A stretch of DNA of 23,784 nucleotides from Candidatus Acetothermia bacterium (GCA_046543235.1 JBKGZT010000017.1:1-23784); one strand, 5' to 3'; shown: positions 5,803-14,702, numbered from the stretch's first letter. Numbers and translations: made by a program. Notes: generated from the letters alone by a model not told the origin.

Positions 5803-7385
5803 CCGAAGAGGAAGAAGAAGCCGCCGATAAGTTCGAGAAACTTCGGCAGGAGGCAGAAGAAAAGCTAAAGGATGCAATTGACTCCACCGGCGGGGTCTCC
5901 AATGAGGACGCACCGGGGATAAAGGGACTCCTGCACGAACTCCAGGTCCACCAGGTGGAGCTCGAGCTCCAAAACGAGGAGCTGCGCGAGACCCGAACCC
6001 GGCTGCGGAAGATGAAGGAAAAATACGTCGACCTCTACCATTCCGCACCGATCAGTTACCTGACGCTAAACGAGGAAGGAGAGGTCCTGGACGCAAACAT
6101 GACCGCCGCAAAAAAACTCCAAACCCGAAAGGAGCAACTGATAGGAGAGGACTTCTACAGCTACGTCGCAGAAGAAGAGAGGGATGCCCTCTACAAACAC
6201 CTCAGGAAGGTCTTCAAGACCGAAAACCAACGAAGTTGTGAGCTGAAAGTCGCACCCGGCGCGAACGGTTCCGCCCCGGAGGAGGTCGGGGAAAGCGCCG
6301 AAGAAGAGTTCCACGGCCTGCTGGAGAGCCGTGTTTTCGAAAACGGGGAAGGAGAGGTCGTCTGCAGGTCCGCCTTGAGCGATATAACTGAGAGGAAAGA
6401 ACTCCGTAGAAGACAGGAACTGGTCAGCTCTTCCCTGGACCAGGCATCTCTGGAGATCTACTGGATTAGGCCGGATGGAAGCTTTGCCTATACCAACCGG
6501 AAGGTCGAAGAGAAGCTCGGTTATCACAAGGAGGAACTCGCGGATATGAAGGTCTGGGACGTAGACCCCAATCCCGGATACCCCAAGAACAAAAGGACTC
6601 AGTGGTGGAAACGTTTGAAGGAAGAGGGGCCCTTGAACTTCGAGTCAGCCCATCGGACGAAGGCAGGGGAAACTTATCCAGTGCAGGTTAATAGCCATTA
6701 CTTACAATACAAGGGCAAAGAGTACGAGTTCGCCTTTGCAAAGGATATTACCGAGCAAAAAGAGACCCTCGAACAGCTCCAACGAAGTGAAAACAAACTT
6801 CGCCAATCCTTCGTCAAACTGGCCGAAACGACCTCCCGGGTCCTGGGCGTACGTGACCCCTACACGCAACAACACGAACGAAGGGTAGGGGAACTTGCAC
6901 GAGAGGTAGGTAAACGTATGGGGCACGAGGACGACGAATTACTCGGCCTCTACCTCGGGGGCGTCCTCCACGACATAGGCAAGATAGTCGTGCCGGAGAC
7001 CATCCTGACCAAACCCGGGGAGCTAAAAGACGTGGAGTGGGAGATGATCAAATCCCACCCGGAAGTCGGTTATAATCAGATACTTGAGGACACCGACTTC
7101 CCGTGGCCGGTGGCCGAGATAACCCTGCACCACCATGAGAGGCTGGACGGTTCCGGCTATCCGGACGGACTTGAGGGAGACGAGCTGACAGAAGAGGTAA
7201 GAATACTGGCCGCGGTCGACGTGGTAGAAGCGATGAGTACCAGACGGCCTTATCGGGAAGCAAGGAGCAAGAAGAGAACGTTAAGCGTATTAAAAGAGGG
7301 CAAAGGAAAAAAATTCGATCCGGAAGTGGTAGATATACTGGTTGATATGATCGAGGAAGGAGAAGTAGAGTTCGGAGATAGCTAA
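5799..7385 (+). CDS. PAS-PAS-HD-GYP cyclic-di-GMP phosphodiesterase
   Basis: RDPYTQQH, LHDIGK, HP, HHHERLDGSGYPDGL, D..EAM..RRPYR and FDP motifs. N-terminal LLHELQVHQVELELQNEELR helix typical of CheBR partner proteins; ATGA overlap with the cheBR stop. Confidence 0.92.
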   Translation: MTEEEEEAADKFEKLRQEAEEKLKDAIDSTGGVSNEDAPGIKGLLHELQVHQVELELQNEELRETRTRLRKMKEKYVDLYHSAPISYLTLNEEGEVLDANMTAAKKLQTRKEQLIGEDFYSYVAEEERDALYKHLRKVFKTENQRSCELKVAPGANGSAPEEVGESAEEEFHGLLESRVFENGEGEVVCRSALSDITERKELRRRQELVSSSLDQASLEIYWIRPDGSFAYTNRKVEEKLGYHKEELADMKVWDVDPNPGYPKNKRTQWWKRLKEEGPLNFESAHRTKAGETYPVQVNSHYLQYKGKEYEFAFAKDITEQKETLEQLQRSENKLRQSFVKLAETTSRVLGVRDPYTQQHERRVGELAREVGKRMGHEDDELLGLYLGGVLHDIGKIVVPETILTKPGELKDVEWEMIKSHPEVGYNQILEDTDFPWPVAEITLHHHERLDGSGYPDGLEGDELTEEVRILAAVDVVEAMSTRRPYREARSKKRTLSVLKEGKGKKFDPEVVDILVDMIEEGEVEFGDS

Positions 7386-7451
7386 CTTAGCTTGGTTGAT
7401 AGAGATGTCTTTTAACCGATTCTTAAAAATCACTGATTCACGGAGGTAAGT

Positions 7452-8921
7452 ATGACCGAAACAGCAGGACAGAGGGTCTTAACCGGAATTGAAGGCCTTG
7501 ACGAGATACTTGACGGCGGCCTGGTGTCGGGCCGGACCTATTTGATTCGCGGCGAAGCCGGCACGGGGAAGACGATCCTCGGCCTCAACTACTTGATTAA
7601 AGGGGTCAAGGAGGACGAAAAATCTTTGTTCATCACGTTTTCCGAGACGGAAGAACAAATCGTCCAGAACGGGAAATCCCTGGGGCTGGATCCCGAGGGG
7701 ATTCACTTCCTGGACCTCTCACCGGGCTCGGAGAAGTTCACCGAGGAGGAAACTTACGACGTATTCCACCCCTCGGAGGTCGAAAAGGAGCCAATTACGA
7801 AGAATATTAAGGAAACCGTGGAGGATCTCGATCCGGACCGGGTCTTCATGGACGCCATAACCATCCTGCGCCATCTCAACAGCGACCAGCACCAGTTCAG
7901 ACAGCAAGTCTTATCCCTGTTCCAATTCTTCACCGACCAGGGTGCCACGGTGCTGTTTACCTCGGAGGCCAGCGCCGGGAACCCGGACACGGACCTCCAG
8001 TTCATGGCAGACGGGATAATAGAGCTTAAACGGACCGACGGCAGGAGGGAACTGAAAGTGGCGAAGTTCCGGGGCTCGGAATTTCAGGGGGACGACCACG
8101 CCCTGAAGATAAGCGGAGGCGGCCTGAGGGTTTATCCCCGGCTGGTCCCGAAAGGGCCCAAGGTAGAGGGTGCCACCCGGGAGACGCTCTCCTCGGGCAT
8201 CCCTGAGGTCGACGAGATGCTTCACGGAGGCTTGGAAGGAGGAACGGTGACCCTGTTTACCGGCCCAAGCGGTACGGGAAAGACGAGCCTGGCCCTGCAG
8301 TTCGCGAAGGAAGCCGCCGGGCGGGGCGTCAGGTCCGCCGTATACAACTTCGACGAGGACAAGGACCTGCTCAACAGGAGATCCGAGGCGATAAACATCC
8401 CGATAGGTAAGATGATCGAGGGCGGGGACCTGCTCCTCGAGGAGGTAAAACCGCTTGAACTTACTACCCAGCAGTTCGCCCAGCGGGTACGAGAGGAAGT
8501 AGAGGAAAGGGGGGCCAAAATAGTCGTCCTGGATAGCGTAAACGGCTACAACCTTTCCATAAAGGGAGAAAAACTGCAGGAGTCGCTCTACAACCTCTCC
8601 CAGTACTTCCGTAAGAAGGGAATAACGGCGATTTTGACCAACGAGGTCAGCAAGATCACCGGCGAGTTCCAGGCCTCCGACATGGACATAACGGTTGTCG
8701 CCGACAACGTAGTCTTCTTCCGCTACCTGGAGCTGAGGGGGGAGCTACGCAAGGCGATCGGAGTCCTGAAAAAACGGGTAAGCGACTTCGAGCGCAACCT
8801 GCGGGAGTTCGAGATTACCGAACACGGGATCAAGGTGGGAGCCCCGATGGATGACCTGAGGGGAATCCTGAGCGGTCAACCCGAGTGGAAGGAAAAAAGT
8901 CCCTCCGGAGCGGAAGAATAG
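7452..8921 (+). CDS. KaiC-like (RecA-superfamily, RAD55/GvpD-type) double-domain ATPase
   Basis: Two Walker A motifs, GEAGTGKT and GPSGTGKT, each preceded by (T/S)GIxxxDxxLxGG; KFRG/KKR arginine-finger motifs; SD GGAGGT. Confidence 0.92.
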   Translation: MTETAGQRVLTGIEGLDEILDGGLVSGRTYLIRGEAGTGKTILGLNYLIKGVKEDEKSLFITFSETEEQIVQNGKSLGLDPEGIHFLDLSPGSEKFTEEETYDVFHPSEVEKEPITKNIKETVEDLDPDRVFMDAITILRHLNSDQHQFRQQVLSLFQFFTDQGATVLFTSEASAGNPDTDLQFMADGIIELKRTDGRRELKVAKFRGSEFQGDDHALKISGGGLRVYPRLVPKGPKVEGATRETLSSGIPEVDEMLHGGLEGGTVTLFTGPSGTGKTSLALQFAKEAAGRGVRSAVYNFDEDKDLLNRRSEAINIPIGKMIEGGDLLLEEVKPLELTTQQFAQRVREEVEERGAKIVVLDSVNGYNLSIKGEKLQESLYNLSQYFRKKGITAILTNEVSKITGEFQASDMDITVVADNVVFFRYLELRGELRKAIGVLKKRVSDFERNLREFEITEHGIKVGAPMDDLRGILSGQPEWKEKSPSGAEE

Positions 8922-8923
8922 CG

Positions 8924-9286
8924 ATGAAGGGGAAAACAATACTCGTGGTAGCGAACCACGAAAAGAACCTCCAGCTTCTGGCCAATTTTCTCGAGGACGA
9001 AGGATATCAGTCTGAAGCAGCTGCCACGGTGGCGGAGGTCGACGAAGTACTCGAGGAGGGACCGAAGCTGGATATGGCCCTGCTTGACGTAACCGGCTTT
9101 GGCGACTCCATCTGGAACCGGTGTGAACGGATCAGGAAGAGGGGGATCCCGTTTTTCATCATCTCGCCCAGCAAGAGCAAGAAGGCGGAAAAAAAGAGCC
9201 TCTCCGAGGGGGCCAGGGACGTGCTGACCAAGCCTCTGGAGAAAGGTAGGCTGCTGAAACTGGTGGAAATAATCCTGGGAGAGTAA
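8924..9286 (+). CDS. Stand-alone receiver (REC) protein with degenerate acidic pocket
   Basis: ATG 8924, three nt after the ATPase stop. ILVVANHE lacks the DD pair; ALLD (phospho-Asp) and LTKP are retained. Confidence 0.85.
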   Translation: MKGKTILVVANHEKNLQLLANFLEDEGYQSEAAATVAEVDEVLEEGPKLDMALLDVTGFGDSIWNRCERIRKRGIPFFIISPSKSKKAEKKSLSEGARDVLTKPLEKGRLLKLVEIILGE

Positions 9287-9291
9287 ACCAT

Positions 9292-10152
9292 ATGGCAAAG
9301 ATCCTGCTCGCCCTGAAGAACGAAAAGAACCGCGATCTAGTAGAGGAGGAGCTCGGGGAGGACTACGAGATAACCCTTGCAACCGATAAAAAGGACTGCA
9401 AAAAGAGCTTCGACCTGATTATTTTTGATATTCCCGCCTTTCGTTCCCTGCAGAAGACCTGCGAGGAGCGGGTTAAGGAGGAGGACCCCCTCTTCTTGCC
9501 CGTCCTGCTTATGGTAAACGGGAACTCGAAAGAAGCGGCCGGCAAGTACCTGGAAGGCTGCGTGGACGATATTCTACTCTGTCCGGTGAAGAAAATAGAG
9601 CTGCGGGCGAGAGTATCTTCCCTGCTGCAGGCGAGGGGGATATCCCTCAAACTAAAAAGGGAGATGGAGAGAAAAGCACTCAGGGACCCGCTGACCGGTC
9701 TCTACAATAGGCGCTTTTTGGACGGAATAATCGACAAGGAAATCGAGCGGGCAAGGAGGTACGAACACCCAATTGCCTTTTGCATGATGGACATCAACAA
9801 CTTTAAGGGAGTAAACGACCGGTATTCACATCTGGTGGGAGACGAAGTTTTAAAAGATCTGGCCGAGCTGCTGAAGGAAAACATCAGGGATTCGGACTTC
9901 CTGGTCCGGTACGGCGGGGACGAGTTCCTGGTAGTGATGCCGGAGACCGACGGCGAGTCAGAATACGTCGTAGAGAGGATAAGGCGGGAAGTGAAGAGAT
10001 GGAACGATAGGTCGGACCTGATAGATCTCCCGCTGGAGATCGCGATCGGCCACTCCCACCTGTTACCCGGCCAGGATAAGAACTGGGACAAGGTGCTGGA
10101 GGAAGCGGACGAGAGGATGTACGAGGACAAAGAAAAAAGCAAAAGCCCTTAA
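9292..10152 (+). CDS. Diguanylate cyclase with N-terminal pseudo-receiver domain
   Basis: DPLTGLYNRR, DINNFKGVND, RDSD I-site, RYGGDEF. N-terminal REC-like ILLALKNEKN...DLIIFD lacks the acidic pair and the conserved Lys. Confidence 0.92.
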   Translation: MAKILLALKNEKNRDLVEEELGEDYEITLATDKKDCKKSFDLIIFDIPAFRSLQKTCEERVKEEDPLFLPVLLMVNGNSKEAAGKYLEGCVDDILLCPVKKIELRARVSSLLQARGISLKLKREMERKALRDPLTGLYNRRFLDGIIDKEIERARRYEHPIAFCMMDINNFKGVNDRYSHLVGDEVLKDLAELLKENIRDSDFLVRYGGDEFLVVMPETDGESEYVVERIRREVKRWNDRSDLIDLPLEIAIGHSHLLPGQDKNWDKVLEEADERMYEDKEKSKSP

Positions 10153-10196
10153 GCCTAAAAAGAAGGCAAAAATGGTCTCGAACGGAAAAGAACCTC

Positions 10197-10352
10197 CTAC
10201 CGAGGGAAGTGGCACTGAAGGAGCTAAAGGACAATTCCGGGACACAGTTCGACCCGAAAGTCGTAGAGACCTTCCTGGATATAATTGATGAAGACCAATT
10301 TGTTAAATACCGGGTCGGAGCACGCTCACAACCAGTTCGAACGAGGTTTTAA
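10197..10352 (+). pseudogene. Orphan C-terminal fragment of an HD-GYP phosphodiesterase
   Basis: Frame not in the ORF track reads LPREVALKELKDNSGTQFDPKVVETFLDII..., the canonical HD-GYP terminal helix. No in-frame ATG upstream in the intergenic gap; its TAA (10350-10352) abuts the next ATG. Confidence 0.75.
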
Positions 10353-12488
10353 ATGAAGAAACTAGAGGCCGGATTGGGAGGTTACACCAGACCAGCAAGG
10401 ATCGGGGGCGCCCTCCTCGCCCTGACCGCGGGGGGCTACTACCTGTCGACTCACAACTACCTGCTATTCCACTCGCTGGCGGAACTGTTCAGCATAGTGG
10501 TCGCCTTTGGTATATTCGTGGTTGCCTGGAATTCGAGGACCTTCCACGAGAACGACTACCTGACCTTTATCGGAATAGCTTACCTCTTCGTGGGGAGTAT
10601 TGATCTAATCCATACTCTCGCCTACGAGGGTATGGGCGTATTCCCGAATTACGGAGCCGACCTTCCGACCCAGCTGTGGATTATCGGCCGGTACATGGAG
10701 AGCCTATCGCTCCTTTTTGCCCCGGTATTCTTCTATCGGAAGCTAAACTACAGGATCGAACTTCTCGGCTACTCCTTAACGAGCGCGGTTTTACTGCTCA
10801 CGGTTTTTTACTGGAAGATATTCCCCCGCTGTTTCGTACCCGGTTCCGGACTTACCACTTTTAAGGTTACAAGCGAGTACGTCATCTCCGCCATCCTGGT
10901 TGGAGCAATCCTCCTTTTGATTTACAACAGGGACGAGTTCGATAAAGGGGTATTCTACTTCCTCCTGGCGGCGCTTTCCCTGACCGTGGTTTCGGAACTT
11001 TTCTTTACCTTTTACGTCAGCACATACGGAATATCAAACCTGATCGGGCACCTGTTTAAGATTGGCTCCTTCTACTTGATCTATATCGCCTTGATCGATA
11101 CAGGGTTCAAACAACCCTATCGGCTGTTGTTCAAAAAACTCAAGGAAAGTGAACGGAAATACCAACGGTATTTCGAGAAACTGGGCGATGCCCTCTTCAT
11201 CACCAAGGTCGGCGGGGAAGATCACGGCAAAATCCTGGACGCCAACGACAGAGCAGCGGAGCAGACCGGCTACGACAAAGAGGAACTAATGGGAATGAAC
11301 ATCGAGGATGACCTGGCCGTCGAGCCCCCGACGATGGGTTACAACGAGGGGGACGAAAAGTTATCTCACGGGGAGACGATAAACTTCACCGAAAAGAAGG
11401 TCCGGGCGGACGGTACCGAGTACTGGACCGAGGTAGTGGTCACACCGATCGAGCACGAGGGTGAAACGGCCTCTCTTTCCATCAACAGGGACGTTACAGA
11501 ACGGATCCGGGCTCAGGAGCAACTCCAGGAGGAAAGGGACAAACTAAAGGACCTCCATGACGCCGTAGACCTTCTCCAGCAACAGGAAACCGAAGAAGAC
11601 CTGGCCCAGACCGCGGTGGAAACTGCGGAGGGTATGCTGGAGTTCGACCTCTGTGCCTTTGACTTGGTAGAAGGAAATAAACTCGTTCCCAGGGCCCACT
11701 CCTCGGACTTGGATCCAGGCGATACCAAAACGCTTGAAATCGGAGAAGGTCTCGCCGGCAAGGCATTCCAGGAAGGGAAGACTTTATTGGTTGATAACTT
11801 AAAGAACCACCCGGACGCAAAACCGATCAACAAGGACCTCAAGGCTTGCTTAAGCCTACCAATTGGTGAGGTCGGTGTTCTGCAGGTGATCTCCGAGGAG
11901 GAGGGGAGTTTCGACGAGCAGGACGTCAGGCTGGCGGAAATACTCGCCGACCACTTAAACGAGGAGATTCAGAGGATCAGGCTCGAAGAAGAACTAAGAG
12001 AACAGGCGATAAAGGACCCCCTTACCGGGTTATACAACCGCAGGTACTTTAACGAATCCCTCGGCAAGGAAGTAGAGAGGTGCAGACGCTACGACGAAGC
12101 TTTGGCTTTCTTGATGATAGACGTAAACAGGTTCAAGGAGATAAACGACCGTTACACCCACCAGACGGGTGACGAGGTCCTTACTGAAACCGCAAACCTA
12201 TTGCAGGGTAACGTCAGAGATGCCGATACCGTGGTCCGCTACGGCGGCGACGAGTTCCTGATAATGATGCCCGAGACCGAGGAGGTAGAAGGTACTGTAA
12301 ACCGGCTGGAAGAGAAATTAAAGCAGTGGAACGAGGAGTCCGACCTGCTCGACTTCCCCCTGACGCTTGCCATGGGAGCCGCCCGGTGGAATCCCGACCA
12401 GGATAGAGACGTCGAGGAAGCTTTAAAGGAAGCTGACAGGAAGATGTACGAGGATAAGGAAAGCTCGAACTTCGACGGTCATGCTTAG
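10353..12488 (+). CDS. Membrane sensor diguanylate cyclase, MASE3-PAS-GAF-GGDEF
   Basis: MASE3 signature NYLLFHSLAELFSIVVAFGIFVVAWNSR...DLIHTLAYEGMGVF...QLWIIGR; PAS; GAF (GEGLAGKAF); RDAD I-site and RYGGDEF. Confidence 0.93.
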   Translation: MKKLEAGLGGYTRPARIGGALLALTAGGYYLSTHNYLLFHSLAELFSIVVAFGIFVVAWNSRTFHENDYLTFIGIAYLFVGSIDLIHTLAYEGMGVFPNYGADLPTQLWIIGRYMESLSLLFAPVFFYRKLNYRIELLGYSLTSAVLLLTVFYWKIFPRCFVPGSGLTTFKVTSEYVISAILVGAILLLIYNRDEFDKGVFYFLLAALSLTVVSELFFTFYVSTYGISNLIGHLFKIGSFYLIYIALIDTGFKQPYRLLFKKLKESERKYQRYFEKLGDALFITKVGGEDHGKILDANDRAAEQTGYDKEELMGMNIEDDLAVEPPTMGYNEGDEKLSHGETINFTEKKVRADGTEYWTEVVVTPIEHEGETASLSINRDVTERIRAQEQLQEERDKLKDLHDAVDLLQQQETEEDLAQTAVETAEGMLEFDLCAFDLVEGNKLVPRAHSSDLDPGDTKTLEIGEGLAGKAFQEGKTLLVDNLKNHPDAKPINKDLKACLSLPIGEVGVLQVISEEEGSFDEQDVRLAEILADHLNEEIQRIRLEEELREQAIKDPLTGLYNRRYFNESLGKEVERCRRYDEALAFLMIDVNRFKEINDRYTHQTGDEVLTETANLLQGNVRDADTVVRYGGDEFLIMMPETEEVEGTVNRLEEKLKQWNEESDLLDFPLTLAMGAARWNPDQDRDVEEALKEADRKMYEDKESSNFDGHA

Positions 12489-12504
12489 GAGGTGACTTGC
12501 AACA

Positions 12505-13611
12505 ATGGAAGAGCTCGAACTTGATACCTCTCACCTTCCGGGGATTTCGGAAGAAGCCGTGAAGGAATACAAAGGAAACTCGGAATTGTTGGTGGAAGCC
12601 GTAAACGAAAGTTTGGCAAACAGGGAAGATATCGGGGACTTAATTGGCGACAACTCGATCGAAAAGATGTTCAATAATCACGAAAATCACGTTCGGTTTA
12701 TGACGAACGTCTTCCTCTTAAACGATTACGACCTGCTAGCAAGAACGGTGATTTGGGTTTATAGGACCTATCACGCACATGGTTTTTCCTACGACTACTT
12801 CCCCGTGGAGCTGGAGGCCTGGAGGCAGGCGGTGAACGACCAGCTGAAATCGGAGAGTGCGGCTCCGATAAACAAAATATATTCCTTTTTGTTGGAGAAC
12901 CACGAAGAATTCATACAATACAGCGAGAAGATAGAGGAACTTAGCTTCGACGTTTCCGGAGAGTGGCAGGGAACGTACGAGGAATTCCTGGAGTCCCTGA
13001 TGAAGGGGGACCATAGAAAGGCGATCGAACAAGCCGAAGAAACCGTGAATTCACGGGAAAACGCTGAAGGTTTTTTCGAAGACGTCCTCAGGCCGGCGAT
13101 GTACTCCATCGGTGCCCGGTGGCAGAACGGGGAGCTGTCAGTCGCGGAAGAGCACCTGGCCTCATCCATAGTCTCAAGGGTCCTATCCGTATTATATTCT
13201 CGGATATCGACTCTCGATACGACCAAGGGCAGGGCCGTAGTGACCGCTACCGCCAACGAGTTCCATGAAATCGGCTCCCGGATCATCGCCGACTCCCTGG
13301 AAATGGACGGCTGGAACGTCGATCATCTGGGGGTCGATACGCCAATTCCGGAACTTATAGATATGTTAAAAAAACGAAGGCCGTTCATACTCGGGTTATC
13401 CCTGACGATCCCGTTTAACCTTGAGAACGTAGTCGAGACCATCGAGGAGGTCAGAAACCACCCCGAACTGGATGATATGAAGATCCTCGTGGGGGGAAAG
13501 GCCTTTAACGACAACCCCGGACTCCGTGAGAGGACCGGCGCGGACGCCTGGTGTGAGAACAGCACCGAAGCAAAAGAGGTCGCAAGGGAATGGTGGAGGG
13601 AAAGGAATTGA
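12505..13611 (+). CDS. Cobalamin-binding protein (CarH-type B12 domain) with N-terminal globin-like helical domain, no DNA-binding domain
   Basis: W-x9-EH (WQNGELSVAEEH) and EFHEIG-x41-SLT-x28-GG motifs. N-terminal helical region NHENHVRF...WVYRTYHAHGFSYDYF; SD AGGAGGT. Confidence 0.88.
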   Translation: MEELELDTSHLPGISEEAVKEYKGNSELLVEAVNESLANREDIGDLIGDNSIEKMFNNHENHVRFMTNVFLLNDYDLLARTVIWVYRTYHAHGFSYDYFPVELEAWRQAVNDQLKSESAAPINKIYSFLLENHEEFIQYSEKIEELSFDVSGEWQGTYEEFLESLMKGDHRKAIEQAEETVNSRENAEGFFEDVLRPAMYSIGARWQNGELSVAEEHLASSIVSRVLSVLYSRISTLDTTKGRAVVTATANEFHEIGSRIIADSLEMDGWNVDHLGVDTPIPELIDMLKKRRPFILGLSLTIPFNLENVVETIEEVRNHPELDDMKILVGGKAFNDNPGLRERTGADAWCENSTEAKEVAREWWRERN

Positions 13612-14555
13612 GTATCGACGAACTCACGAACTGCCCTTACCCATTTGGCCTCTATTTGAAAGAGCTGACCAACGACATAGTCGTCCTATTCGGGGAAAAC
13701 CACCGGGTCCTTGCGTGCAATAAGCGGTTCAGGGATCTATCCAGGTTGGGAAGGGGCGAGATTATGGAAAAGGGAATAGACGATCTCGTCGTCGCTGAAG
13801 AATCCGGGTTTTCCGACCTGCCGGACAGCGGCTCCCATAAGAAGATAAAGTTTCAGCTATCGGACTACGTATCCCCAAAGGTCAACTATTTTTACCTCGG
13901 TTACGTTTTTAATACCGGAAGCAATTACTGTCTTATCGCCGAAGAAAGGCAGGGCGGAGAAAGGGAAGTCTTGGAAAAGATATCCCTTCTCAATAACGCG
14001 CTCTCAAACAAGACCCGGAAATTAACCAAGAAGAACAGGGAACTCGAAGAGGCCAACCGGAGGATCGAGACGCTATCCAAGACGGACGTCCTCACGGGCC
14101 TGGCAAATCGCAGGCACTTTATGGACTACTTCGAGAAGACCCTATCCCAGGCTCAAAGACATTCCCACCCGCTTTCCCTGGTAATGCTGGACCTGGATAA
14201 ATTCAAGGATATAAACGACACCTACGGCCACGATGCCGGCGACGAAGTCCTGTCGGCCCTCGGAGACCTGCTTGAACGGGAAACGAGAGAGGAAGACCTG
14301 GCCGCCAGGATCGGAGGGGAGGAGTTCGCGGTCCTGCTTACCCAGGCCAACCTGGAGCAGGCCCGAAGTTACGCGGAGAGGTTGAGGAAAAGGATTAATC
14401 GGCTCGAGATAGAATCGGTGACCGGGGAAATTTCCGGCAGTCTGGGAATTTCTACTCTGAAATCAAATGACGACCCGGAATCCCTGATGAAAAGAGCGGA
14501 CAGAGCTTTGTATAAGGCAAAGGATAGCGGGAGGAATAGAGTCTGTCGGACGTAA
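13608..14555 (+). CDS. Diguanylate cyclase with PAS-like N-terminus and coiled coil
   Basis: TDVLTGLANRR, DLDKFKDINDTYGHDAGD, REED I-site, RIGGEEF, KDSGRN. Likely TTG start at 13608 (SD GGAGG 13595-13599) overlapping the B12-protein stop; alternative ATG at 13590. Confidence 0.92.
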   Translation: MSIDELTNCPYPFGLYLKELTNDIVVLFGENHRVLACNKRFRDLSRLGRGEIMEKGIDDLVVAEESGFSDLPDSGSHKKIKFQLSDYVSPKVNYFYLGYVFNTGSNYCLIAEERQGGEREVLEKISLLNNALSNKTRKLTKKNRELEEANRRIETLSKTDVLTGLANRRHFMDYFEKTLSQAQRHSHPLSLVMLDLDKFKDINDTYGHDAGDEVLSALGDLLERETREEDLAARIGGEEFAVLLTQANLEQARSYAERLRKRINRLEIESVTGEISGSLGISTLKSNDDPESLMKRADRALYKAKDSGRNRVCRT

Positions 14556-14702
14556 AGGCCCGCTCAGAGGTTAAACTGTAATATTCAAAGTTAGTTTATT
14601 TTGAGTTTTCCCGGTTGCTACACTATCTCTCGGTTTGTATCATACCAGGTGGAGATCAAGAACTAACCATCACCAAAGCCTCTTGAACCTGGGAGGGATT
14701 TC

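Noticed and set aside
5206-6048. 280-aa antisense ORF, and other antisense or alternate-frame ORFs such as 21073-21756, 16919-17458 and 23154-23681
   Set aside because: These are shadows of well-supported genes in GC-rich coding DNA, with no recognisable motifs.
7452-8921. Calling the ATPase a true circadian kaiC
   Set aside because: There is no kaiA/kaiB, the tandem ST phosphosites are absent and the EE pairs are altered, so it is only KaiC-like.
10133-10139. AAAAAAG slippery heptamer that might fuse the REC-GGDEF to the HD-GYP tail by -1 frameshift
   Set aside because: The heptamer is not in the A_AAA_AAG phase of the GGDEF frame (read GAA AAA AGC), and the tail lacks the HD and GYP motifs, so a fusion would have no PDE activity.
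9292-14555. Hypr-GGDEF (3',3'-cGAMP synthase) assignment for the cyclases
   Set aside because: All three keep Asp in the H-x-x-G-D position rather than the Ser diagnostic of Hypr enzymes.
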